Shown here: positions 16,201 through 25,709 of the stretch, in pieces | Position numbering within the stretch: position 1 is the first letter of the stretch | Layout: every line of letters starts with the position of its first letter | Assembly: GCA_003345545.1 (NCBI GenBank) | Contig: PRDH01000027.1 | Location: forward strand, 1 to 28,166 | From: Candidatus Thorarchaeota archaeon | GTDB lineage: Archaea > Asgardarchaeota > Thorarchaeia > Thorarchaeales > Thorarchaeaceae | Length of the DNA stretch: 28,166 bases | Direction of reading: 5' to 3' | The notes under the pieces: model-generated | What the model was told of the DNA's origin: nothing | The model's database searches: none | Seen by the model: the letters and a program-made list of their open reading frames with translations, nothing else | Program-made: the position numbers and the translations under genes

Positions 16201-17211
16201 TTATCCAAACAGGCCTCCGATGCCTGCTACAGATTCTCCCTCTTCCTCGTCTTTCTCAGGCTTGGCTGGCTTTGCGGCTGCTTCAGCAGGAGCTTCAGCA
16301 ACAGGTGCTGCAGCCTTGACATGACTCATGATTTCTGAGGGTATTGCGCTCGGATCCCTTGCTGATATTGCTGCCGCTAACGCGAATGCCTCTGAGTTCG
16401 CCTTGGAGAGGAACTGGTCTAGCATTTCTGGTACGAAGAATCCAATGTGCAGAGCCAGGCTCCTCGCTTCCATGTTTGCCTTAGCAATGATGAACGGAAT
16501 TGTTTCCGCAGTTGGGAATCCGGTATTCACTGAAAGATTGATTGCAAGCTGATGACCCAAGATGACTTGACTGAATAGTTCTTCAAGGTCAACCTCGATG
16601 TTCTCTGATGTGAGAACCTCTCCATCAGTATATGCTGCAATCAACTTGAGTTGCAGTTCTATTGGCTGAATCCCAAGTCGGTTCAACATCTGTGCCATCG
16701 CATTCGAAATGATATCTCCGGCCTTGACAGCAACACTATCATCCGTGATTTGAATCACACCACCCTTGACCCGTGCTGGAATCTTCAGAGCTGCAAGTTC
16801 ACTGATGAAGGGTCCTGGTGCAACTCCAGTGTTCATCGCTGGAATCAGGACATCGACCGGAGCAACCTGACCACCCTTTGCTGGTGCCGCTGCCTTGTTC
16901 TCACGAAGGAATTTGCTCAGAGCAAAGGGGTCCTGATCACTGAAGATAAACGCCACCGGCCCCTTGACATACTTGGTCAGGGCCTTGATGTTCTTCTTCT
17001 TGGACGTTTCCAGAGCTCGAATCATTAGGGTGTTTCTGGCCTTCTTGAGGACCGCTGACCCTCTCAGATTGTCTCTGATGCCTCCAATCTGCTTTGCGCC
17101 TACACCCTCAACGTTCACGAGACCAATCATTTTGCTCTCGTCGATGGCTGCGGCAAGTTTTTCAACCATGTCCGCCTTCCATTGAGGAATATGCTTCTCG
17201 TATACTGACAC
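16201..17211 (-). CDS. rplP0: 50S ribosomal protein uL10/P0
   Basis: [33 protein letters not shown] and GGLFG end. Confidence 0.96.
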   Translation of the reverse strand: MSVYEKHIPQWKADMVEKLAAAIDESKMIGLVNVEGVGAKQIGGIRDNLRGSAVLKKARNTLMIRALETSKKKNIKALTKYVKGPVAFIFSDQDPFALSKFLRENKAAAPAKGGQVAPVDVLIPAMNTGVAPGPFISELAALKIPARVKGGVIQITDDSVAVKAGDIISNAMAQMLNRLGIQPIELQLKLIAAYTDGEVLTSENIEVDLEELFSQVILGHQLAINLSVNTGFPTAETIPFIIAKANMEARSLALHIGFFVPEMLDQFLSKANSEAFALAAAISARDPSAIPSEIMSHVKAAAPVAEAPAEAAAKPAKPEKDEEEGESVAGIGGLFG

Positions 17212-17225
17212 TTGGTATCACCGAC

Positions 17226-17882
17226 CTACGCAGATATCTCAACAACTGGTCCCATGGTCGTCTTGACCATGATGTGGCTGATTCTCGCTTTGAATCCCTT
17301 ACTCTCAATGAAGTTCAGGACAGCAGCGATATTATCTGCAATCTCTCTGTCACTCATCTTCTCATGACCCACTTTCACGTGAAATGTGGGCGTGTTTCTC
17401 ATTCTGATACGGACAGTCCGATGGTACTGACTCACTATCACGTTCAGATCAGCCTGTGGTGGAAATGGACGTGGCATTTTCCCTCTCGAGCCGAGTGCCT
17501 GTCCTAGATAGCGACCTACCAGCGGCATTGCGTCTACTGCTGCGATAAAGTAGTCGTAGCTCTTTGCAAGTGTCTTCCTGTCCTTCTTCTGTTCTCCAAC
17601 CTTTGGGATGTCCTCCTTGGATACGACGCGCTCAGCTCCAGCGGCAATTGCTTTCTCAGCAAACTCACCATCGCCAATAGCACAGATTTTTGGCAGTGGG
17701 TAGAGCGTGTTGGGGAGTACAAGTTCCTGGTTGAATCTGTTCTCAGGCTTAGATATGTCAAGTTCCTTCTTTCTGAAGTTGACAGCAAGGTCAAAACTCT
17801 GGTCGAACTTGATGTGCCTCTCAGTGCCTTTTGTTCTGGCCTCAGTAACTGCGGCCTGTATATTATCGGCTCTTATTGGCAT
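17226..17882 (-). CDS. rpl1: 50S ribosomal protein uL1
   Basis: KFDQSFDLAVNF, GRYLGQALGSRGKMPRP and VKTTMGP. Confidence 0.96.
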   Translation of the reverse strand: MPIRADNIQAAVTEARTKGTERHIKFDQSFDLAVNFRKKELDISKPENRFNQELVLPNTLYPLPKICAIGDGEFAEKAIAAGAERVVSKEDIPKVGEQKKDRKTLAKSYDYFIAAVDAMPLVGRYLGQALGSRGKMPRPFPPQADLNVIVSQYHRTVRIRMRNTPTFHVKVGHEKMSDREIADNIAAVLNFIESKGFKARISHIMVKTTMGPVVEISA

Positions 17883-17888
17883 GCACTA

Positions 17889-18389
17889 TCACTTCCTCAG
17901 TGGTCCTTCTAGCTGGGCATCCCATTGCCCTCCGCGGACATCACTCTGGAACTCCTTAGCTGTCTTCCCCTCGATTGTGACGCCCATCTGACCGCACGTT
18001 CCAGCTATTGTCATGACTGCAGCCTTCATGGTCTGTGCTGTGAGATTACTTGCTTTTCCCTTTGCGATATTCTTCAACTGATCTATGGTGAGATTGCCTA
18101 TGATTGTGGCTTTTGGCGCCCCAGAACCCTTTGGTGCTCCCACCTCTTTCAGTATCAATGCACTGGTTGGAGGTGTGCCTACTTCAATCTTAAAGCTCTT
18201 ATCGTTCGGGTTGACTATGATTCGCACGGGAACCTTCAACCCCGTAAAGGGCTGTGTGACCTCATTGATCTTGGTCACAACTTGGAAGATATTGACACCT
18301 GTGGGTCCAAGGGCTGGACCGATGGGTGGTCCTCCGCTGGCTTTCCCACCTTCAACCATGGCTTCAACAGTAATTGGTTTTTCACTCAA
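17889..18389 (-). CDS. rpl11: 50S ribosomal protein uL11
   Basis: GGKASGGPPIGPALGP, VGTPPTSALI and GTCGQMGVTIEG. Probable TTG start at 18389. Confidence 0.96.
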   Translation of the reverse strand: MSEKPITVEAMVEGGKASGGPPIGPALGPTGVNIFQVVTKINEVTQPFTGLKVPVRIIVNPNDKSFKIEVGTPPTSALILKEVGAPKGSGAPKATIIGNLTIDQLKNIAKGKASNLTAQTMKAAVMTIAGTCGQMGVTIEGKTAKEFQSDVRGGQWDAQLEGPLRK

Positions 18390-18406
18390 TTCATTCACGG
18401 CTCCTG

Positions 18407-18494
18407 ATGCAGTGCACTCGGGCGTACGCAACGCTTCCGATGGTATCGACCTGCAGGACAGAAGTCTTGATACATCCAGTCAGGTCTACTGCAT
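18407..18494 (-). promoter_or_regulatory. Candidate structured 5' leader (three-way junction) of the L11-L1-L10-L12 operon
   Basis: ATGCAGT/ACTGCAT (7 bp) encloses GACCTG/CAGGTC and TCGG..GCGT/ACGC-CCGA stems. Confidence 0.4.
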
Positions 18495-18681
18495 TCACTG
18501 CCACTTTTTTCACCCCGGACAATGAGCTCAATACCCATGTCAGATTAAGAGGATAGGTTCGCTCGTGTGAGTTCCTGTTTTAAGGCTTGCGACATAACAA
18601 CATATGAGCTGAGGCAGATTCCAGTTCACGCTATTGCCTATCTCATCTGAGTCTTAGATGCATTAAGTGACTGAGTTCGGG

Positions 18682-19380
18682 CTACTCATCATCAGGCGGG
18701 TGTGCCCAGAAAGAGTCCTCGTCATCGAACTCATCAAAGGATGATGCTTTGGCTTCCTGACCCTCTACAGCAGGCACCTTTGGTGCTTCCTGTTTCTCTG
18801 CTCTCTCAACAATCTTGGCGAAGTCTGCGTGAACCCTTACGGGTATCGTGTAAGGGCTATCCAGAAGTTCAAGGATGAGCTCCTCCTTTCCAGCATCTAC
18901 GCGCTGGACCTTTGCACGTTCTCCCTTGAATGGACCGGAGATGATCTCGACAACGTCGCCCTCGGAGATACCTTCTGCTGCTGGTGGCGGTGCCAGGAAC
19001 CTGTCAATCTCGTTCAGGCTGACCTTTCCTCCAACCCTGCCACGTACATGGGGGACTCCGGAGATAGCAATCTCGACATCTCTGAACTCTGTAGTCTCGA
19101 TGAAGACGTAACCACGTAGAGTCTCAGGGACCAGTATTGCCTTGATTCTTCCAAGTAGTTGATTCTTCGAGATGAGTCTGGGCTCGCCATCCCTCTTCTC
19201 CCTCTTCTTGCAGCCCTTCATGTGCTGCTTGGTTGCCTTCTCTGAGGAGAACTCCTCAGAGCAAAACGGACACCCCCAAACATCTCCTTCTCCAATCACG
19301 GCCGTCGTGATCAGGTCTGTCACGCTGCGTTCCTGTCCAATCGTTGTTCTCACGGCATAGATGCTTGTGGAGTTTTCCAT
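18682..19380 (-). CDS. spt5: Transcription elongation factor Spt5/NusG with inserted CCHC zinc finger
   Basis: IYAVRTTIGQE and LRGYVFIE (NGN), GDVVEIISGPFKGERAKV (KOW), an insert CPFC-x12-H-x3-C and an acidic tail. Confidence 0.95.
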   Translation of the reverse strand: MENSTSIYAVRTTIGQERSVTDLITTAVIGEGDVWGCPFCSEEFSSEKATKQHMKGCKKREKRDGEPRLISKNQLLGRIKAILVPETLRGYVFIETTEFRDVEIAISGVPHVRGRVGGKVSLNEIDRFLAPPPAAEGISEGDVVEIISGPFKGERAKVQRVDAGKEELILELLDSPYTIPVRVHADFAKIVERAEKQEAPKVPAVEGQEAKASSFDEFDDEDSFWAHPPDDE

Positions 19381-19493
19381 TCTCTTACACTTCCTGTCAT
19401 TCTTGATACTCTAATCTAAAGTTCGCAATAGGGATGAGGCTTGGCAGTCTGAACTCTGAGATTCTCCTGCAAGCACAAGGTATTGAAACTGAA

Positions 19494-19682
19494 TCATGAG
19501 GCTGTTGTGCCCCAATCGGATGTGACCACTGTCATAATGACTTGGATTATGAAGCTCACAACGCCCACGAGGAGCATTGCAAGGAGGCTAATCTTTGTGC
19601 TAGTCCAGAGTTCTGACCGAGAGGGCTTTGTAGCCAATTTCAGAATCCTTCTGCTATCGTTGATGAAGGAACTAATACCCAT
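19494..19682 (-). CDS. secE: Protein translocase SecE/Sec61-gamma
   Basis: RRILKLATKPSRSE followed by a TM helix. Located between ftsZ and spt5. Confidence 0.93.
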   Translation of the reverse strand: MGISSFINDSRRILKLATKPSRSELWTSTKISLLAMLLVGVVSFIIQVIMTVVTSDWGTTAS

Positions 19683-19780
19683 CTTGTCATCACGTCCCTA
19701 CAGAATGCCGCTTGCGCAGCATGGGATTCGTGACATTCTGAACTGGTTCTCTTTTAACATTTGCTGAGCATCCAAATGGA

Positions 19781-20917
19781 CTATGTCAGTCGAGGAACGC
19801 CCAGATCGGTCCTGAGATCATCCACTAGGGGCGCGAAAGGTTCAGCCTTGTCGAAGACGTAGGGTGAATTGACTCCTGACGCAATTATTGTGACACGAAG
19901 TCGGTCTTCAAGCTCCGGCATGATTAACGCTCCGTAGATTATCTCCGCTCCTGGATTCACCTGCTCAGTCACAAGCTCTATGACACGCTTCACCTCAAGA
20001 AGCTGCAGGTCTGCGTTACCGCTAACATTCACAAGGAGATTACGTGCATTCTCAATCGAGACATCAATTAGTGGATTGCGCAGTGCGTTGACTACTGCAT
20101 CCTCCGCCCTATTCTCACCGTCTGCCTCGCCAAGTGCAATGATTGATACTCCACCGTTTTTCATGGTGGTCCGCACGTCAGCAAAGTCTAGGTTCACAAG
20201 TCCTGGTTTTGAGATTAGCTCGGCAATTCCCTTCACAGCCCTGACAAGAACCTCATCGGCAACCATGAACGCTTCTGGCAGTGAGAGATCAGGAGCTATC
20301 TCCAGCAGTTTCTCATTAGGTATTGCTATGAGAGTATCAACATGCTCCATCAAGGCATTGAGCCCCCGAGTGGCGTTCTTCTTCCTCGTTGCGCCCTCGA
20401 CCTCAAAAGGCAGGCATACTATGGCCACTGTAAGAGCACCATTCTCCTTTGCAGCCTTGGCTATGTGCGCTGCGGCGCCTGTTCCTGTTCCACCACCCAT
20501 TCCGGCTGTTATGAAGACGAGGTCTCCTCTTACCGTGTCTTTGATGGTTTCATATGTTTCAATGGCTGCGGCTTCTCCAACATCCGGATTATTTCCAGCA
20601 CCAAGTCCTCCACAGGTTTCCCTACCCAAAAGGAGCTTGTGATGGGAATTACAGAAGTACAGATCCTGTGCATCCGTATTTACTGCGAGGGTCTCTGCTC
20701 CTTCGATGCCCACTTCCATCAGGCGGGTGATTGCATTGTTTCCTGCTCCTCCTACGCCTACTACAAGAATTCTGGCATTGACAGACTCAAGCAGTTCTTC
20801 GAGTTCTTCATCGGTGGTAGCTGATTTGGGCACATTCTTTCCACGTTTCATCTTCGGGTCGCGTCTTCCGCTTGTTGAGCTAAGGGCTTCTTCTAATAAT
20901 GGATGCATATTGACCAC
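19781..20917 (-). CDS. ftsZ: Cell division protein FtsZ (FtsZ1 type by synteny)
   Basis: GVGGAGNN, NTDAQDL, GMGGGTGTG tubulin signature and NLDFADV T7 loop. Confidence 0.97.
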   Translation of the reverse strand: MVNMHPLLEEALSSTSGRRDPKMKRGKNVPKSATTDEELEELLESVNARILVVGVGGAGNNAITRLMEVGIEGAETLAVNTDAQDLYFCNSHHKLLLGRETCGGLGAGNNPDVGEAAAIETYETIKDTVRGDLVFITAGMGGGTGTGAAAHIAKAAKENGALTVAIVCLPFEVEGATRKKNATRGLNALMEHVDTLIAIPNEKLLEIAPDLSLPEAFMVADEVLVRAVKGIAELISKPGLVNLDFADVRTTMKNGGVSIIALGEADGENRAEDAVVNALRNPLIDVSIENARNLLVNVSGNADLQLLEVKRVIELVTEQVNPGAEIIYGALIMPELEDRLRVTIIASGVNSPYVFDKAEPFAPLVDDLRTDLGVPRLT

Positions 20918-20995
20918 TCACATCTGACTACGAGTGTTATTACCCACGTATTGTTACAAGAAAAAGTAGAATACTACCCTGATAATACAAGGCGA

Positions 20996-21961
20996 TTACC
21001 TGTTCTTCCTCTGCTTGCTCACTGTCTTGAATGTATTGAGAACGGAGTCTATCGAGATGTTGTGTTTGCGCAGGAACCTTGCGAGTTCCTCTAGGGAGGG
21101 CTGTCCATTCTGTGCCCCCTGTTTTGTGATTTTCAGTGCCGCCGCTGCATTTGCCATGTTCAGCGCCTGTTCAATCCTCTCCGACCGGATCCAGGCGGTG
21201 ATGAATCCTGCTGCAAACGCGTCCCCTGCTCCCATTGTGTCCACAACCGGGACCTCGAAGACATTCGATGTACAATACTCAAATCCGTCTGTTGCGATGG
21301 CTCCTTTTGCTCCCATCTTGAGAATCACAATTCCGGGAAATGTCTTGGCGAACGCTCTGAGCTCAGACTCTATCGGTTGAACTTTGAAGTACTCCTTGAG
21401 TTCCTCTTGGTTGACGAATAGAAGATCTGTGTGTCGCAGTATCCTACTGAATTCGAGCTTGTCCGCAGCTCTACCCGGGTCTAGAGATACTATCATACCA
21501 TGTGTAGTTGCCAATTCCATGGCCCTGTCAATCATCATCGGGAACGAGCCGGCCAGATGCATGACTTGTGCATCGGCTAGGTCCTCCTCCTCAAAGAGCC
21601 GTTTTTCTAGGAATTTGTTTGCTCCAGGCTTGGCAACAACAATCCAGTCCTCGGCTGCGTCATGAGTATAGATGAAGAGCCCTGTTGACTGATTCTCAAG
21701 GACAAGGATGCAACTGGTGTCTACTCCTAGTCTTGACATCTCCTTCACTGCAAGCTGACCATAGGGGTCATCGCCGACGCAGCTGACAAGAGTCGTCTTG
21801 ACACCAAGACGTGATGCCTGAGCGGCGAAGTTCGCTGCAGACCCTCCAAACGATATGTGTCCTTCTTCGCAGATCACATGCTCGTTCTTCTTGGGGATTG
21901 TATCAACACGCATGACGATGTCGATGTTTATCCTGCCAAATACAACGAACTCGCCGACCAA
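20996..21961 (-). CDS. PfkB-family carbohydrate/nucleoside kinase
   Basis: GGSAANFA and VVDTMGAGDAFAAGF signatures. Confidence 0.92.
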   Translation of the reverse strand: MVGEFVVFGRINIDIVMRVDTIPKKNEHVICEEGHISFGGSAANFAAQASRLGVKTTLVSCVGDDPYGQLAVKEMSRLGVDTSCILVLENQSTGLFIYTHDAAEDWIVVAKPGANKFLEKRLFEEEDLADAQVMHLAGSFPMMIDRAMELATTHGMIVSLDPGRAADKLEFSRILRHTDLLFVNQEELKEYFKVQPIESELRAFAKTFPGIVILKMGAKGAIATDGFEYCTSNVFEVPVVDTMGAGDAFAAGFITAWIRSERIEQALNMANAAAALKITKQGAQNGQPSLEELARFLRKHNISIDSVLNTFKTVSKQRKNR

Positions 21962-21973
21962 TCAACCAACCTC

Positions 21974-22897
21974 TTAGACAATGAGCGCGAGGATTCCTTT
22001 CTGAGCATGAAGGCGATTCTCTGCCTGATCGAAGACTACCGAGTGCGGTCCGTCCATGACCTCAGATGTCAATTCTTCGTCTCTGTGTGCTGGAAGACAG
22101 TGCATGACAATGACATCCTTCTTTGCCTTCCCTACTAGCGCCTTGTTCACTTGGAATGGCATCAGGGCAGCTTCCTTCTCTTTCGATCTCTCCTGCCCCA
22201 TGCTGAAGAAAGTGTCCGTGTAGATTACATCTGCTCCTTTCACTGCCTCTTCAGCACTACTTGCGACCTCAAGCGTTGTCCCGTATTTCTTACTCAGCAT
22301 TGATGCCTTCTTAATAATCATCTCTGTCGGTGCATATCCCTTCGGTGAACCAACAGTGACATTCATCCCCATGATTGTACAGCCCTGCATTATGGAATTG
22401 CTCACGTTATTTGCGTCTCCAACATAGACTATCTTCTGTCCTTCCAGGCGCCCTCTGTGCTCCTCAATAGTCATCATGTCCGCCATGATCTGGCACGGAT
22501 GAAGGAGGTCTGAGAGTCCATTGATGACCGGTACAGTTGCATACTTTGCCAAGTCTACAATGTCACTGTGCGCAAAGACGCGTGCCATGATTGCATCACA
22601 ATATCTACTGAGTACTTGTGCAGTATCCCCAATTGTTTCACCGCGCCCCAGCTGTGTTCCACCAGGCTCGAGATAGAGCGCATGTCCACCAAGTTGAGTC
22701 ATCCCCACCTCAAATGAAACGCGCGTTCTGGTGGAAGACTTCATGAAGATCATCGCTAGGGACTTGCCCTTCAGCAGCTCGTGTGGCTCTCCTCGTTTCT
22801 GTTTTCGCTTTAATTCATGGCCAGCATCCAAAAACTGCCTTAACTCATACCTTTCAAAGTCCGATAAATCAATGAAACTTCTACCTTTCAGACTCAT
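21974..22897 (-). CDS. argF: Ornithine carbamoyltransferase
   Basis: SSTRT, HPCQ, SMG and HCLPAHR motifs. Start at ATG 22897 after a GAGGTG SD. Confidence 0.93.
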   Translation of the reverse strand: MSLKGRSFIDLSDFERYELRQFLDAGHELKRKQKRGEPHELLKGKSLAMIFMKSSTRTRVSFEVGMTQLGGHALYLEPGGTQLGRGETIGDTAQVLSRYCDAIMARVFAHSDIVDLAKYATVPVINGLSDLLHPCQIMADMMTIEEHRGRLEGQKIVYVGDANNVSNSIMQGCTIMGMNVTVGSPKGYAPTEMIIKKASMLSKKYGTTLEVASSAEEAVKGADVIYTDTFFSMGQERSKEKEAALMPFQVNKALVGKAKKDVIVMHCLPAHRDEELTSEVMDGPHSVVFDQAENRLHAQKGILALIV

Positions 22898-22962
22898 ACC
22901 TACACCTCTAGGCTTGTATGCTGCCCATCTTATGAGCCTTCTATAAAAAGCTCTCCTCTTGC

Positions 22963-23874
22963 TCAATTACTACCGATAAGTCTCTGGGCAAACCACTTGG
23001 GGTCGAATCGTTCGATATCGTCGTAACCCTGCCCGGTGCCGACAAGGACCACTGGCCGTCCTGTGATAAATGCTATGGACAGTGCTGCGCCACCAGAAGG
23101 ATCTGCATCGATCTTTGTCAGGATGGCTCCATCGATACCAATGGCAGCGTTGAACTCCCTTGCCTGTGAGAGAGCATCATTCCCAGCTAGAGCATCTCCT
23201 ACAAAGAGTTTGAGATCTGGATTCGCCACGCGCGCTATCTTCTTCATCTCTTCTAGGAGGTTCTTGTTGCTTTGCATTCTGCCTGCAGTATCTATCAAGA
23301 CCACGTCGATATGCTTGGCCTCTGCATGGGCGATTGCATCAAATGCTATCGCAGCAGCATCAGCTCCGTAGTTCTGTTTGATGATTCGAATTCCAAGGCG
23401 TTCTGCATGCTTGCCCAGCTGTTCAATACTGCCGGCTCGATATGTATCTGATGCTGCAATCACGACAGAAAAGCCGCTCTTCTTGAGCATATGACCAACC
23501 TTTGCAAGTGTCGTAGTCTTTCCTGTACCATTGACACCGACAAAGAGAATCGTAGTTATTTCTCCCTTCGCCCTCTTCTTAGTCACGAATTCCAAGATGT
23601 CCAGTGGGTATTTCGGTGTTAGAACCTCCAACACGGACTCGAAGATTGCCGTTCTGAATAGATTGCTCAGGTTCTCAAGCCTTCCAGTTCGTGAACCAAG
23701 CAGCTTCTCCTTGGTGAGGTCACAGATATGTTCGGCTGCCTCAACAGCAACATCATTCTGTATCAGTACCATCTGCAGCTCCCAGACTGCATCCTTGAGG
23801 TTCTTCTCGTTCAGTTCCTTCGTTGTAGCCTTTGTCACTGCTTTGTCTAGAGACCCTCTGAGTCTATCGAACAC
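22963..23874 (-). CDS. ftsY: SRP receptor FtsY (NG domain, no acidic region)
   Basis: GVNGTGKTTT, DTYRAG, DTAGR, TKID and GTGQGYDD. GTG start at 23874 after GGAGGAG. Confidence 0.95.
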   Translation of the reverse strand: MFDRLRGSLDKAVTKATTKELNEKNLKDAVWELQMVLIQNDVAVEAAEHICDLTKEKLLGSRTGRLENLSNLFRTAIFESVLEVLTPKYPLDILEFVTKKRAKGEITTILFVGVNGTGKTTTLAKVGHMLKKSGFSVVIAASDTYRAGSIEQLGKHAERLGIRIIKQNYGADAAAIAFDAIAHAEAKHIDVVLIDTAGRMQSNKNLLEEMKKIARVANPDLKLFVGDALAGNDALSQAREFNAAIGIDGAILTKIDADPSGGAALSIAFITGRPVVLVGTGQGYDDIERFDPKWFAQRLIGSN

Positions 23875-23887
23875 GCAGGTGCTCCTC

Positions 23888-24328
23888 CTACTTCTGTGAG
23901 GTGCTCTCTTGGACCTTTGCAGCAAGCTGTTGGAACTGTGTGTTCAAGACCGACGCTCGGGAAACGAGCTTTTGATACTCCTCAGTCATGGACTGGTATT
24001 GTCTCTCAAGACCTTCGACGGAGATTTGCACAGCTTTCTTCGCTTCTTCCAGGCTCTGTTCAAGTCTGACACCGCTTCCGATACCACGGGTCACTTTCGA
24101 GGGATTGACAAGTTTTGCCTCTACGTAGATGTTGCCGCCAACATTCATCAACATTGCCTCTCCCTTCTTCTTCTTTTCAATCTCCTGAAGGACCATGAGC
24201 CCGGATTGATAGTTTGCTAGGTAGGCCTGAATGATCTCAATACGCTGCTGCAGTAGGGAGATATCGGACTCGGTGATCTGCTGCTCAGTGTATATTCTCT
24301 GGAGTAGCTGCTGCTGCTCGTTGCTCAT
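23888..24328 (-). CDS. pfdA: Prefoldin alpha subunit
   Basis: Coiled coils flank MNVGGNIYVEA...KVTRGIGSGV. Conserved synteny. Confidence 0.92.
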   Translation of the reverse strand: MSNEQQQLLQRIYTEQQITESDISLLQQRIEIIQAYLANYQSGLMVLQEIEKKKKGEAMLMNVGGNIYVEAKLVNPSKVTRGIGSGVRLEQSLEEAKKAVQISVEGLERQYQSMTEEYQKLVSRASVLNTQFQQLAAKVQESTSQK

Positions 24329-24570
24329 GAGAAGTCGGCCTCCAGGCCGAGGATTTTCCGGAGGTCAAGATTCGTCACTTCTTCCAGTTTGAGCTCCTTG
24401 ACTTCCCTGATAGCAATTTTCTTCCTAGTCACCCTATGACGGCTACCCAGCTCTGAGAAAATTCTTTCTCGAGCGTGTGCCTCTTTGTCAGCCAGTAGTT
24501 CCTTGGTGAACTTGAACTTCTGTCTATTCTTGAAATACTCGCCTGACGCTCGCCAGATCTTCGTACTCAT
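24325..24570 (-). CDS. rpl18a: 50S ribosomal protein eL20 (LX/L18Ae)
   Basis: KFTKE...A.ERIFSELGSRHRV.RKKI.I. ATG 24570 follows GAGGTG. Confidence 0.93.
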   Translation of the reverse strand: MSTKIWRASGEYFKNRQKFKFTKELLADKEAHARERIFSELGSRHRVTRKKIAIREVKELKLEEVTNLDLRKILGLEADFS

Positions 24571-24585
24571 AATCTCACACCTCAT

Positions 24586-25251
24586 CTAAACGAATCCCAG
24601 GACCTGACTGATATGAGCCAGTTCCACACCCGTTGTGTCAGATCCTGCAATCATTCCATCGACATTGGCTAGCACACCCAGACTTGTGTAGGGGCTGCCT
24701 CTATTCACTGTCCCAACCTCTATGTGTACTTTTAACAGCTCCGATAGATGGTCGATTTCCTCATCTGTTGCCAAGGGATGAACCACTGCACCCTGATTTG
24801 TGATGACCGAGTTTGCTCCTACGATAGGCAGCTTTGCTATGGTGCCCGGTACCACTTCAACTCCAAGAACATCAGAGATCTTCTGGATTGACTTTGTACT
24901 GAAGTCCGGATGACAGATTGCTCCATGATCGTTCACAGCGATAATATTACCGAGGGCTGTCATTCTGTCATCAATCCAGTCCACATTCACCTCTGAGTGC
25001 TGCTTCAGCCTCTTCAGTTCCTCGTCGGTCGTAGTATAGGGGACCAGAATCCCATTGGAAGTGGCTGCTGATAGAAGGCCAACTGCATCAAGAGTTGCAA
25101 TGGTCGACTGAATCAGAGGAAGATTGAACACTCTCTCCAAATCGCCCAAGCTCTTCTCCGACATGTTCGGACTAACAAATACAAAACGGTCTGTGGCGAT
25201 TCCATAAGCTCCAACATTAGAATCGCCCTCGAAGTTCGTTCGGGCGATCAT
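24586..25251 (-). CDS. eif6: Translation initiation factor 6 (aIF6)
   Basis: ALGNIIAVND.GAICHP, GTVNRG and GSDTTGVEL. Confidence 0.95.
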   Translation of the reverse strand: MIARTNFEGDSNVGAYGIATDRFVFVSPNMSEKSLGDLERVFNLPLIQSTIATLDAVGLLSAATSNGILVPYTTTDEELKRLKQHSEVNVDWIDDRMTALGNIIAVNDHGAICHPDFSTKSIQKISDVLGVEVVPGTIAKLPIVGANSVITNQGAVVHPLATDEEIDHLSELLKVHIEVGTVNRGSPYTSLGVLANVDGMIAGSDTTGVELAHISQVLGFV

Positions 25252-25257
25252 CTTGGA

Positions 25258-25695
25258 CTATCCCTCCGCAAGATACACTCGCACGAGATTGTCCGCATTC
25301 TTTGTAGCTCGAATTCTGAGTCTGCGTGGTGGTTTCTGAATGCCTCTAGCCCATATCTTGTCATTCACTTCGGGCTGAATGAGCAATTCCTCAGGCTTCA
25401 TGTTTCTCTCAATGAAATGCCTGAGAATTCTTACAGTCCTGTTGGCACGATGTATCCTGCTGCCAGTCCAATACGCCAAGCGCAGAGGGACTGTGTAGAT
25501 GCGCTCATCAATGATCTCTTCTTCTTCAGGCGCAGCTTCTTCGGCAGCCTTCTCTTCAGCCTTCGGAGCCTCTTCGCCGGCGGGTGCTTCCTCTAATTTC
25601 TCGGTCTTCTCGACCTCTTCCAACTCTGGTTCTTCTTCAGAGACTTCCTCCTCTTTAGAGACCTTGGCTTTTGCTACTCTCTTCTTCTTTGACAT
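25258..25695 (-). CDS. rpl31e: 50S ribosomal protein eL31 with acidic N-terminal extension
   Basis: ERIYTVPLR and VNDKIWARGIQKPPRRLRIR. Confidence 0.93.
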   Translation of the reverse strand: MSKKKRVAKAKVSKEEEVSEEEPELEEVEKTEKLEEAPAGEEAPKAEEKAAEEAAPEEEEIIDERIYTVPLRLAYWTGSRIHRANRTVRILRHFIERNMKPEELLIQPEVNDKIWARGIQKPPRRLRIRATKNADNLVRVYLAEG

Positions 25696-25709
25696 CTAGA
25701 CCCACCTGA

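Noticed and set aside
19980-20824. Long antisense ORFs over ftsZ (and similar ones over rpl11, ftsY, gcvP, thiL, PDCD5)
   Set aside because: Shadow frames of well-conserved genes with no motifs or start signals.
25510-25695. Glu/Ala-rich N-terminal extension of eL31
   Set aside because: Such acidic extensions are common on archaeal r-proteins and are not distinctive.
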